Positions 26,550-37,494 of a DNA stretch of 64,000 nt are shown piece after piece. The position numbers and the translations under genes were made by a program. Source of the DNA: Octopus sinensis (taxonomy: Eukaryota); NCBI RefSeq assembly GCF_006345805.1, contig NC_043009.1, positions 71,982,001 to 72,046,000 of the forward strand, read 5' to 3'. The number at the start of each line of letters is the position of its first letter. Within the stretch, counting starts at the first letter, position 1. The notes below the pieces were generated by a model. The model worked only from the letters and a program-made list of their open reading frames with translations. It was not told where the DNA came from and did not search any database.

Positions 26550-27650
26550 TTTGACATGCTGAAGGCAGCAGAGTACCAAAAGTTCTTCTGGTTTCCCCTG
26601 CAACCAATCTGTCTTCAAATGAGGACTTCATAGCACATTAATCTACATGTGTCTTTGATAACTGACATGACCTTGCATGAAACTATCTTTAACAGTATTT
26701 TTCCCTAATGCTTCCTGCTATACAGTACTGAAAGCTAATTTAAAAATTAATTAAATGAAAATGTAGTGGAATTTTATGTTCTGCTACCTTTTCTATTAAT
26801 TGTCTGGCAATAAAGATTGCATCGGCAGTTCCTGTTCGCAACCTAAAACCACAATGAGATTTACTCAATCTTCTTTCAATTACTACTGCACATCTGATTA
26901 GTAAAATCTTACAAAATACTTTATCAAGAATTAAAAGAAGTGATATTGCTCTATGAGTTCTGAATTTAATTTATCTCCTTCCTCATGACTGAGGTTTGCT
27001 CTGATTTCTAACCAATTCCATGGTCATCTCTCTTTCATAATTATTCCATTAAATGGCCTTGTATCTTTATCACCATTTAATTAGATGCTTTCATTAGTTC
27101 TGATAGCTTCCCCATCAATTCCAGTTGTTTTCCTGTATTTTTCACTGTTTGATACAATTTAAATCTTCTTCCACAGTAATTGGTCAGAATTGGTCTTCCA
27201 TACCATCATCAATTATTTGATCTAATTTGCATAAGGCTGCCCCTTCATGTGGACTGAGATGCTTGCTTCTCAAAATGCCTCCTGCAACTATTTAACCCAT
27301 TGCTTCTTTATACTTATACCATTCTTTTACTGCCAATACCGTTTCTATACTTTGTATATATATTTTTTTTAATTTTCAATTGTCTGATTTACTGAAATAG
27401 CATATATCTGTTATTTTCTTCAGAACTTTTATTCCATACCTTGTATTTATTAGAATTTTTTTCATTCTGTTGTCTGACAGATGCCCTCCCACCCTTTTGG
27501 CTCTTTCTTTTTATCTAATTCTCTATTTTCTTTTCTATAATTGGTGTTATGTTGAAAAGTAATCAAAAGTGATTTTACTTGGCTTCTTTTCTCACACATA
27601 CTTACATGTTAACAGAGTTTCTACTTGTTTGTTTGTTTTTTAACCAATTC
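26550..27650 (-). mobile_element. Highly degenerate LINE (RTE-like) RT remnant
   Basis: A minus-strand frame fragment RKTTGIDGKLSELMKAS resembles KAPGIDGIPAELLKA. There are many stops. Confidence 0.3.
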
Positions 27651-28044
27651 CTTTTACTACCACTGAATGCACAGGATGCATCATTAAAACACTTCAAACT
27701 CCATATCATCTTCTTCTAACATCGCAGCAAACTGACCCCTGCTGAGGCTTCAAATTTCTGTGGTAAAACTTTTGTTTACAATTTTACAAAATTATAATGT
27801 TTTGGAGGTTCTTTGCTATGTCTTATGTCTTGTGGTTTTTATGGCATCCTGATGTTTGCCAGGACTAATAAATGCTCACACCCTATTTCTGCAGAACTAC
27901 ATGTTCTACAGATTTCTAGATGAGATTGCCATTTGTTTGGCATTAATCTACTAAAACTTTTTGCTAGTTTGACCAGTGAAATCCACACAAAACAACTTCA
28001 TTCTTTGAGTCTTTGAGTCTGACTATTTTGTTGGAGACAATGAG

Positions 28045-28310
28045 TGAAGGCGCTTGCGTTAGTGGTTCGGGTATTCAGCTCACAATCATGAGATTGTGAG
28101 TTCAATTCCTAGTCTGTGCTGTGTCCTTGGGCACACTTTATTTCACATTGTTCCCGTCCATTCAACTGGTTAAAATGAGTAGGACCTGTATTTCAAAGGG
28201 GCAACCTTGTCATATCCTATGTCACACTGAATCTCCCAGAAAACCGCATTAATGGTACACGTATCTGTGGAGTACTCAGCCACTTGCCTCTTAATTTCAC
28301 AATTAGAAAC
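28045..28310 (+). mobile_element. tRNA-derived SINE (family C)
   Basis: A-box-like GTTAGTGGTT and B box GAGTTCAATTCC. The body CCTGTATTTCAAAGGGGC...GTGGAGTACTCAGCCACTTG is shared with 38130-38628. Confidence 0.75.
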
Positions 28311-28779
28311 AATGAAATTACTAATTACACAAAAACAAGAGTTTTGATCCTCTTTTCTTACAAATTTCAATTCCATGATTTTTTTTATCTTCAACCATTC
28401 CTTATCCTTACCATTACCAATTTCAGCATTAGAATTTTCCATGGAAAGGTTGTTACTTCTTGAAGAGGGTCAAAATTTTCATCTAAATAATGAATTTCAT
28501 AATTGGTGTCTGCTTCATAAGCAATAAAAATATTCTTTTAGCATTCAGAGATTCCATACAGAGATTTGTGCCAGGAGATATTTAGTACCCCCATTTGTAA
28601 CTGAATAAAGGTGCTAAGAACCCTACAAAATCAAAGCTTGCCCATCATAAAAGCCTTTGACTTCAAAAGGTTTTCATGAGAGTTTTATGAGAATTTTAAC
28701 ATGGACATTTACTCAAAGAATACCAGGATGATTCATCTAAGCCACCTATTTTAGACACACACATATCATCATTATCATC

Positions 28780-28995
28780 ATCATCATCACCATCATTTAA
28801 CGTCAATTGTCCATGCTGGCATCTGGCATGGGTTGGACGGTTTGATCAGGGCTGGTAAGCTGAGGGGCTGCACCAGACTCCAGTCCCATCTGGCAGAATT
28901 TCTATAGCTGGATGCCCTTCCTAACGCTAACCACCCTGAGAGTGTAATGGGTGCTTTTTATGTGCCACCAGCATGAGTGCCATTTGCATGACACC
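28780..28995 (-). mobile_element. RTE-tail repeat (family B) 3' end
   Basis: (CAT)n followed by TTAACGTC...CATGCTGGC...GGGTTGGACGG...GGATGCCCTTCCTAACGC. Confidence 0.85.
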
Positions 28996-29887
28996 AGTAT
29001 CTGCCATGACTACAATTTCACTTGGCTTGATGGATGTTCTGCTCAAGCACGGCAAAACGCCAAAAGTCTTGGTCATTTGTCATTGCCTCTGTGAGGCCCA
29101 ACACCCGATAGGTGCTTTTTATGTGTCAAAGACAAAACAAGAAGACCTGACAGAGGCAACAAGGGACAAGTGTTGTCAAAAAACTCTGTAATACACAACT
29201 CAAAAATGTTAATGAACCCCTGCTCAATTTTTTTGACTTAACGAAGACAGATTTTTCAAATTGATGCAACAAGTAGAAGACCTAGGGTTAAACCAAGAAT
29301 GCGATGGATAATATCCTTAGTGTCAGTTGGCTATGGAACCTGGGTGGAAAGTTCAATGGCCGTTGCTTCTGACTCTTCTAGAACATTTACTCTTCCTGGA
29401 ATAGTAGGTAGAGAAGATGGATGGATGACTGGATAACTATTGAGCCCTTGTTGAGTTCATCAACCCTAGTAGACATTTACTCTCTTTTGCATTGTCCATG
29501 TGTCCAACTATCCTCCACAGACCAGGGTAAGACTCTAGACTGGCGATGTCGATGGTTTCATCGCTGAATGGCTGTGTTGGTTTAGACAATGACCAGCAGC
29601 GGGTCATTATGACTTGATTAGCACAAAAATATTTATGGCTTTATCATTTTAATCTTTGAAGCTAATTAATAAACTATGCTCATACAATGTATTATTTTGG
29701 AGTGGACGCCACAAACTACATCACAGGAAACTTGTTTAAGTGAGCAGTAGCTCCAAATAAGGGCTGATATAGAGTAGCTCCTTAGTTTTGACACAGAAAA
29801 CCTCTGTATGACCAGAGACATGATAAAAGACACACATCTCATGCTGAAGTCATTTACGTCAATTATGCAAGTAGCTCTACATGTGCC

Positions 29888-29958
<71 letters not shown>

Positions 29959-31460
29959 TGTGTGTGTGTGTGTGCAGACATACACACACAGACACTGACT
30001 AATTGTGCGTTCAAGAGCTTGAACCACCTCCAAGCCAAATACTTCAGAAAATGAAGGAACTCTTTATGTAAACATGTTTACCAATCACATGTTGTTGATT
30101 CTGTGTAAATCTGAAAAGAGTTAATCAGGATAAGTTTAGGTTTTGTCATCAAGGAAATATTTCGTCTCTCCTTCGTTGCACTGAGACCTCCAGCTTTGTA
30201 ATATCATAAATAATATAGGTTACATAGTATATCCACTGTTTATATCTTTATGTTTGCATGTAAGCATGTGTGTGTGTGTGTGTGTGTGTGTCTGCACGTG
30301 CACTCATGTGAATGTGTTTTTAAACTAATACAATTCAGGAAATGAAATAGATTTCTAAAAAAAATGTTGCCACCCCCAGTGGGAATTGAACCACATAGTT
30401 CACATTTCTAGTATAGCTCAACTTGATTTCCCATTACAGAAAGTAGAAAGACAGAGGAGGAGGTACAGTATGTTTTTCTTTTGAAATCCATTTAAATAAA
30501 AACATGAACCACAGTGAAAGCAATGGAAGACTAGAGTCTATATGAAAGTGACTAGTCTCAAGAGTATTGGTTGATGTATGTTAATATATGTTAATGCATG
30601 CAAGAATCAAAGAAAATATGATGGAGTCTATAAGGATCATGCAATGTAAGCATAGGATATAGGTATACATACTTGTTGAAAAACTGCTTTGAGCAAGTCT
30701 TGGTATGTAGTCATTGTCCAGGTTTGACTATAAATTTAAACACTTAAGCCTTCACTCAAGGAGCTTGTGTAATCTCCCACAAAGATAGAACTGGCATTGT
30801 AAGGTAAGTGGGAGACACTGTCAGTGATATTCCATTTAATATTAGGGAAGTCATTCTGATGGTCATAGGGGTCTCCAGTTGAAGCTGTACAGGGAAGTGG
30901 AATTTCCTCTATCTCTACACCTGAAGGAGTGCATGTGCTGTGTATATCTTTCCTTAAAATTATTAGCTGTCATGCTGATATAGTGTCTTGAGATACCATC
31001 AGATGGTGTGAGGGTGGCTCTAAAGATTACAATCTTTGAGAGGCTAGATCCTCCCAGTGTGAAATTGTTAGAATTTCAATAGTTATAGGTTGTGGTGTGG
31101 TGTGGATTGGAGGTTGTGTAGGTGTGTGTTTGCATCTGTTGCTGTGAGGGACCACACATACTCCACCAGCCTGGAAGAATGAACCTTGAATCCATCAACA
31201 AGAAGAACAAACTATCTTGTTTCCACTAGAGGTATACCCTCTTAATGAACCCCAGGCTATTGGCAGTTGACAATCCAGAAAATCTATCCTAGGTCTATCT
31301 CTCCTACATACAAGGGCAGAGTCTTTAATACCTGCTGCTCCTTTAAACTAAAGCCCAACACATGTTGATTGACCAGGGTTAGGGTTATAAAAATATATCT
31401 AATATGTAACTCCTGCCAAATACGTTGAGTGCCACTTCTTTTTATTAGTTCACTCACTTG

Positions 31461-31507
<47 letters not shown>

Positions 31508-31528
<21 letters not shown>

Positions 31529-31727
31529 TTTACGGAGATGTACTTGCATAGCAAGTGATTTGATCTGAGATCGTGTGCTGAAACGAAAACAATTGCAGCG
31601 TGGAAGGTGTTTGTAAGCCATTTAAGAAACATACAAAAGCCGTTCAATTCACTTCAACACTTAAATTTAATTTGTCAAAATATTTTCATCGCTTTAAGAC
31701 CGCGACCTGTTCACTGACAAAAATCCG
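31508..31727 (-). mobile_element. Short pLTR-like repeat carrying a variant hammerhead motif
   Basis: CpG-retaining ~220-bp block bounded by (TA)n; it contains the motif at 31671-31721. Confidence 0.55.
31671..31721 (-). ncRNA. Candidate minimal type I hammerhead ribozyme, G3-C8 core variant
   Basis: The minus strand reads TTTGTCA-GTGAACA-G-GTCGC(GGTCTTAAA)GCGAT-GAA-AATATT-T-TGACAAA: a 7-bp stem I, 5-bp stem II and palindromic stem III. Confidence 0.6.
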
Positions 31728-31739
31728 GCTTTTATAAAT

Positions 31740-31963
31740 ATACTATAGTGTTTAAACTGGCCATATTTAGTTCAAATATTCTACTTGTTTAGTGTTCAAA
31801 CCAGCCAGATCCATCCTCTCACACCTACCCTACAATGTCATTCTAAAAATGAATAATCACATCATTGAAATCTCAAAACTATAAGATAATGCCTGATTAA
31901 TCCAAAACAATCTGAATTACAAATCAGTACACTTGAAAGAATAATTTGGATACTAAAGGGTCA
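31740..31963. mobile_element. Degenerate MITE with piggyBac-like end
   Basis: The right end TACTAAAGGGTCAA resembles CTAAAGGGTTAA. The left end is decayed. Confidence 0.4.
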
Positions 31964-31964
31964 A

Positions 31965-31967
31965 TAT

Positions 31968-32035
<68 letters not shown>

Positions 32036-32118
32036 TAAATATAATGCATATAGCTCTCTCTCTCTCTATATATATATAATATATATATATATATATGAAT
32101 AAATATAATGCATATAGC

Positions 32119-32150
<32 letters not shown>

Positions 32151-32171
32151 GAATAAATATAATGCATATAG

Positions 32172-32208
<37 letters not shown>

Positions 32209-32445
32209 TAAATATAATGCATATAGCTATTATATATATATATATAATATATATGAATAAATATAATGCATATAGCTATATATATATATATATATACATA
32301 TATAAATATAGGAGCAGAAGTGGCTGTGTGGTAAGTAGCTTGCTTACCAACCACATGGTTCTGGGTTCAGTCCCACTGCGTGGCACCTTGGGCAGGTGTC
32401 TTCTACTATACTATATATGAATAAATATAATGCATATAGCTACAC
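31965..32445. repeat. Compound minisatellite: six GAATAAATATAATGCATATAGC units separated by (TA)n, with a SINE A head (32310-32408) inside
   Basis: Units at ~32033, 32097, 32151, 32206, 32255 and 32419. Confidence 0.85.
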
Positions 32446-32527
32446 ACACATATATATATATATATATATACATTTATATATAAGTAAATAAATGGAGTTG
32501 AACGAAGATGTTATTAAAATTCTTTTA

Positions 32528-32610
32528 CTTTCGACATATGTTTCGAAGACAACATTGGTTTTATTCCAATGGAATAAACGGTGTAAAATGCAATCTTCTC
32601 ATCAGGAAAG
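32528..32610 (-). ncRNA. Type I hammerhead ribozyme in the 3' pLTR
   Basis: The minus strand reads CTTTC-CTGATGA-GAAGA(...)TCTTC-GAA-ACATATGT-C-GAAAG: a complete core, GUC cleavage site and palindromic stem III. Confidence 0.88.
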
Positions 32611-32881
32611 AAAGAGAGCCTATCTCAACAACAAGACATTATAACAAATACGATGACTGCCTAAATGATAAACAGAATGTTATTAAGTATTTAAAAAAAC
32701 CGTTAGTAGATTTAACGTCAAAGGCAGATACTAGAAAGAGAAGGGTTAAAGAAATAATAAGTAGAGAACAATTAAGAGGGATACGTTGGTTGAAAAAATG
32801 TTCAAAGGCTTAGAAGCAGATTTCTCCATTGAAGTAAAGTACAAGTTAAACTAACTGTTCAAACTATAAAGACTGGCGAAA

Positions 32882-33313
32882 TCACTTATATGAGCTAAAG
32901 GTATGTTTCTGCCAGCGCTTACATTTGTAAGATCGCTCTATAAGTGTGTTAATAAGGTGATTCTTAGAGAAGAGAATATGGAAGAGTTCAGAGTTGCAAA
33001 TGTTACAAAATCCCTTGCCCTTATCGTAAGGAAAAGATATGGACAGGATGAACCAATCTAACTTAAAATCTTTATTATTGTCTTTAAGATGCCAAACCAA
33101 TTTACTTTGCCCTGTACTAAGGTGTTTACTGCTATCCCTAAATGATAAATAATGATTGGAAATTCTCTTAGATAACTGGGAAGAGGATGCGCCTATGTAG
33201 AAGTAGACATCAGTACCACAAGAAATTTTACACTGGTATATAGAATTCTTGATCTTAGAATTATTAGACATGAATTTAATTCTGTTGGGGTTGTCCTCAG
33301 AGACCAAAACCAT
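32882..33313 (-). pseudogene. GIY-YIG endonuclease domain of the Naiad-type element
   Basis: SIYQCKISC...FYIGASS...RISNHYLSF...LVWHLKD...CNICNSE. Confidence 0.85.
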
Positions 33314-33329
33314 GTTTTTATTGCTATCA

Positions 33330-33540
33330 TTATTATTAATATTATTATTGTTAATACTATTAATATTATTATTATTAATAATAATAATAATACTGTTATT
33401 ATTATCATTATTATTATTATTATTATTATTAATGCTATTATTATTATTATTATTATTTTATTATTATTATTATTAATACTATTATTATTATTATTAATAC
33501 TATTATTATTATTATTATTATTATTATCATTATTATTATG
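33330..33540. repeat. (AAT)n microsatellite inside the element ORF (poly-Asn frame leads into GIY-YIG)
   Basis: The minus frame in phase with MVLVSEDNP reads ...NNNINSINNNNINNNDSNKNM. Confidence 0.9.
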
Positions 33541-33964
33541 TGAGGGTTGGAATTAACAAGATTAATGTTGGAACTCCCAGTAAATGAACCTTTATTTAGC
33601 AGATTGGTATTGTGAGAAGATATAATTTGCGAAAGATTCTTTGTGTTGGAGAAGGCAACTCTAACTATATGAGAGTTAATAATCAAATAATATCTAGAAT
33701 TTTCTGGAAAGTTCTTACCAACCACTTCACGGAATTGCAAAGGAAGATTCGATTTAATGTGTTTTCCAAACGGAATTACAAACCAGATAGTTTTCCTAGT
33801 AACATTCAAATTGTAAGTGGTATTATCTTTATAGGAAGGTGAAATACCTCTAGAGTGAAAAAAATGAGCTTAAATAACGCTTGCCTCCCTTACTCCGTAA
33901 AGGAATTTTATTATGTTTTTTATTGTTTATAATATTAGAATTAAAATCACTCTTATTATTACAA

Positions 33965-35449
33965 CTAGATTTTTTTATCTTGAACAGTAGATAAAGGACG
34001 AAATTGAGCAGAATCAATGTATGTCACTTTCTCTTTATAGCCAGCTTTAACCAAGGCAGAGTTATGAAATTCTGCCTTGTCGTTAAAAATGTCAACATTG
34101 ACGGATAATTTAGATAATCTAAGTGAAATGTTTTTAACTAAATTCTTAGTAATTGCCCTAGCGTGATTACTGTAAGGACTAATATACTTGAGATTTGTAG
34201 AAGGTTTGTGGTATGGGAAATACGAGTTATTTTGTAAATTAAGAGTAATATATAAGAAGTTAGCTTTAGTTAACTCATCGTCAAAAACGATGTGAAAGCC
34301 CATTCTACTAAAAAACCTAACTAATCTATTCTTAACCTTCTGTATTTTTTTATTTGAAATGTTTTGGAAGTAAAGCAGACAATCATCACGATATAGACCT
34401 CCACAGATGTCCGGGAACTGGTCGGCCATATCATAAAGTATATATATTCCGACCAAATCAGCAATTTGAGCGGAATCTGTACTTCCCATTAGGACATCGA
34501 ACGCATTGGGAGTATCCTTACGGACCCACAACTTCTTATCGAACTTGATGAATGATTTTCTAGCAGCCAGTACCACATTAATTTCTTCCCTAGAGAGACC
34601 TGCTTTATTGTGTGCATGCCATAGGGCCTTATTGAGTATAATAGGGTTGATTGATGAATAGAAGCTAGATATATCAAACTGAATAAATTTAGTGTTAACC
34701 TTATTAGTAATAGTAGTAAACCAATCTACAACTTGAACAGAATTAGACCATAAGCTAAGTTTTAATTTATTGATTAATATAGGGATATACTTATCTAATA
34801 TGTATTTACTAAGAGTACCGATGTCGGAGCTGGAGGGACATATAAGCCGTAATGATGAGTTAGTATAAAAGTTCTGTTTGTGGTCTTTTAAAATAAACCG
34901 AGGTTGCCTGGGGTTCAACGGTTCTGTCTTCATCTGTAATCCATACGATTCCATAATTCCTTTAGCTTCCAAGTTGGCCTGCCTGAGAGTATTCCTACTG
35001 GTGGTCTTGTAATTTTTATGGATCTCCTTTTCGAGCAGTTCCAAATAGTGGCTCTTGGTAAGATTATAGAGGTTTCCGGTTTTATCAGATTGAACAAGGA
35101 TGCAATCTAAGTTATTGATTTCTCTAGAGAGGTTATGAAGATAGCTAAGATGTTTATTCCTGAGGGGTGACTGGTGAAATTTTATATTCTTCACGATGGA
35201 CCATAGACCATCCTCAAATTGCTTCAATCTAGGGTTAGGTGGAGGGGTACCCTTCGATTTAAACAATTTTTTATACTCAGTAGAGATGTCATTAATGGTC
35301 TGTTGTAAGTCCTTATTGTCGAAGAAGAAGGCAAGCCATCTGATGCGGTTGATAAATGCATTCGTCTTATTGATGAGTTCCTTAAGGAAAGCATTTTTTG
35401 GGGGAATAGGAATATCTTTAAGAGAGGCATTGATATTGAACAACTCCAT
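33965..35449 (-). CDS. Naiad-type PLE reverse transcriptase (494 aa to the first frameshift)
   Basis: Uninterrupted ORF with PLE RT motifs including GLYRDDCL. Confidence 0.9.
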   Translation of the reverse strand: MELFNINASLKDIPIPPKNAFLKELINKTNAFINRIRWLAFFFDNKDLQQTINDISTEYKKLFKSKGTPPPNPRLKQFEDGLWSIVKNIKFHQSPLRNKHLSYLHNLSREINNLDCILVQSDKTGNLYNLTKSHYLELLEKEIHKNYKTTSRNTLRQANLEAKGIMESYGLQMKTEPLNPRQPRFILKDHKQNFYTNSSLRLICPSSSDIGTLSKYILDKYIPILINKLKLSLWSNSVQVVDWFTTITNKVNTKFIQFDISSFYSSINPIILNKALWHAHNKAGLSREEINVVLAARKSFIKFDKKLWVRKDTPNAFDVLMGSTDSAQIADLVGIYILYDMADQFPDICGGLYRDDCLLYFQNISNKKIQKVKNRLVRFFSRMGFHIVFDDELTKANFLYITLNLQNNSYFPYHKPSTNLKYISPYSNHARAITKNLVKNISLRLSKLSVNVDIFNDKAEFHNSALVKAGYKEKVTYIDSAQFRPLSTVQDKKI

Positions 35450-35700
35450 TTGCAGTAACGGTTATATTAGCAGGTTATAAGATAATCTGTATAAGAATAT
35501 GTAAATGGATGAATGAATTATCCTTTGTTTACCATTAACTTGGAAAATTCAATAAACAGTTACCAGGGTAGCAAAATTCACGCAAGTAACACGGATGAAG
35601 CAACCTATTCAAAGGCAGAAAGTCCGGGTTAATGTGCAGTGATTTGTGTGGTATAGGTAAATAAATGGAGTTGAACGAAGATGTTAATAAAATTCTTTTA

Positions 35701-35783
35701 CTTTCAACATATGTTTCAAAGACAACATTGGTTTTATTCCAATGGAATAAACGGTGTAAAATGCAATCTTCTCATCAGGAAAG
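35701..35783 (-). ncRNA. Hammerhead ribozyme in the 5' pLTR, with two C-to-U changes
   Basis: Same sequence as 32528-32610 except TCTTT-GAAA and GTT at the cleavage triplet. Confidence 0.8.
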
Positions 35784-35860
35784 AAAGAGAGCCTATCTCA
35801 ACAACAAGACATTATAACAAATACGATGACTGCCTAAATAATAATAATAATAATAACAGT

Positions 35861-35912
<52 letters not shown>

Positions 35913-35927
35913 TTAATAGTATTAACG

Positions 35928-35970
<43 letters not shown>

Positions 35971-36013
35971 TGATAGCAATAAAAACATGGTTTTGGTCTC
36001 TGAGGACAACCCC

Positions 36014-36405
36014 ATCGCATTGGCCCCCGTGCCAGTGGCACGTAAAAGCACCATCCGCTCGTGTCCATTGCCAGCGTCGCCTGGCCCCCGTGCCGGTGGC
36101 ACGTAAAAGCACCATCCGTTCGTGTCCGTTGCCTGCCTCGCCTGGCTCCCGTGCCGGTGGCATGTAAAAGCACCATCCGTTCGTGGTCGTTTGCCAGCTC
36201 TGTCTGGCACCTGTGCAGGTGGCACGTAAAAAGCACCCACTACACTCACGGAGTGGTTGGCGTTAGGAAGGGCATCCAGCCGTAGAAACACTGCCAAATC
36301 TGACTGGGCCTGATGAAGCCTTCCAGCTTCACAGACCCCAGTTGAACCGTCCAACCCATGCTAGCATGGAGAACGGACGCTAAATGATGATGATGATGAT
36401 GATGA
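36014..36405 (+). mobile_element. RTE-tail repeat (family B) abutting the PLE 5' inversion
   Basis: GGCACGTAAAAGCACC units and the standard tail ending in (GAT)n. Confidence 0.9.
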
Positions 36406-37025
36406 TGGTATATATATATATATAATCACAATATGCAACAAAGATATCCAAAGGTAGTGTAGTACAATCATTTCATGCTACTTCATTTAATTAAACAATG
36501 TAAGTATTACATCAGTTTTAAAATGTAGAGCACACTTCAGCCGCATATGGAATTTTAAAAATTAAATTGACAATGTTCATTATTACACTTATTCCATTTG
36601 CCAACATTACAAAGAGGGTAGGTATACAGACAGAGAGGTGAATTTCATTAATAAAAACATGGTAGTAGAAGACCTTTGCTCATGGGCAGATTTTTTATCA
36701 CTGAGTTCACTTTGTTATTTTGATTTACCAATGGGGAGGGGGTTTTCTATTAAGTTCAGTGGAGACAATCAAGAATTTTTTCTATTTATAGATAGAGGAA
36801 GAGGCAGTTTAAATGGTAGAACCATAAATAATCACCCCATTTGATTTATATGGATAATACCATACCAAATTCTAGTGCCTATAACTTAAGTACCATATTC
36901 ATCTGAATCTAAATTTTGCTGAACTTATATATATAGGGAAAGTTTACAAAAAAAACAAAAGACGAAGACAGGTGGTGTACAAAACTAACAGATGTATTAG
37001 TATAACACTCAGGAATAGAAAAAGT

Positions 37026-37061
37026 CTTTTACGTTTCAAGCCTACGCTCTTCTACAGAAAG
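37026..37061 (-). ncRNA. Candidate minimal hammerhead, U6 core variant, within a ~190-bp pLTR-like repeat (~36945-37135)
   Basis: The minus strand reads CTTT-CTGTAGA-A-GAGC(GTAG)GCTT-GAA-ACGT-A-AAAG. Confidence 0.5.
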
Positions 37062-37139
37062 GTACACAGAAAAAACAAGGAGAGAAACAAGGAGAGAAAA
37101 AAAATGTGTGTAGTGGCTAACGATCTATCATGGCGACAT

Positions 37140-37380
37140 ATATATATATATATTTGTGTGTATATGTTTGTGTGTCTGTGTTTGTCCCCCCCCCCAACAT
37201 CGCTTGACAACCGATGTTGGTGTGTCTACGTCCCTGTAGCTTAGTAGTTTGGCAAAAGAGAACTGATAGAATAAGTACTAGGCTTACAAAGAATAAGTCC
37301 TGGGGTCGATTTGCTTGACTAAAAGGTGGTGCTCCAACATGACCGCATTCAAATGATTGAAACAAGTAAAAGAATTAAAG
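37140..37380 (+). mobile_element. SINE family A, 3' half
   Basis: TTTGTCCCCCC...CGCTTGACAACCGATG...AAGAATAAGTCCTGGGGTCG...GAAACAAGTAAAAGA. Confidence 0.85.
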
Positions 37381-37494
37381 AATGAATAAATATAATACAC
37401 ACACACACACACACACACACAGGTATATTAATGTTTGTTCTGTTGAATTGTAAGAAAAACAATTTTACATTAAATTTTTATAGATTACATATTA

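Larger units (their letters stand above)
32484..36013 (-). mobile_element. Penelope-like element, Naiad-type, near full length, with two 183-bp pLTRs and a 5' inverted segment
   Basis: Direct repeats at 32484-32666 and 35657-35839 differ at 3 positions. N-terminus NASLKDIPIPPK...RIRWLAFFF; RT motifs LKDHKQNF, FDVLMGSTDSAQIADLVG and YRDD; then IWF...NFP...SHN; and GIY-YIG IYQC...YIG. Confidence 0.92.

Noticed and set aside
30365-30420. tRNA-like B box on the minus strand (GGTTCAATTCCC) followed by a T run
   Set aside because: There is no A box or cloverleaf; it is at most a SINE-head remnant.
32662-33313. Selenoprotein (in-frame UGA/SECIS) hypothesis for the Naiad element
   Set aside because: The only TGA is the terminal stop, not at a conserved Cys position. 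The Cys linker is absent, and no SECIS was recognised by eye.
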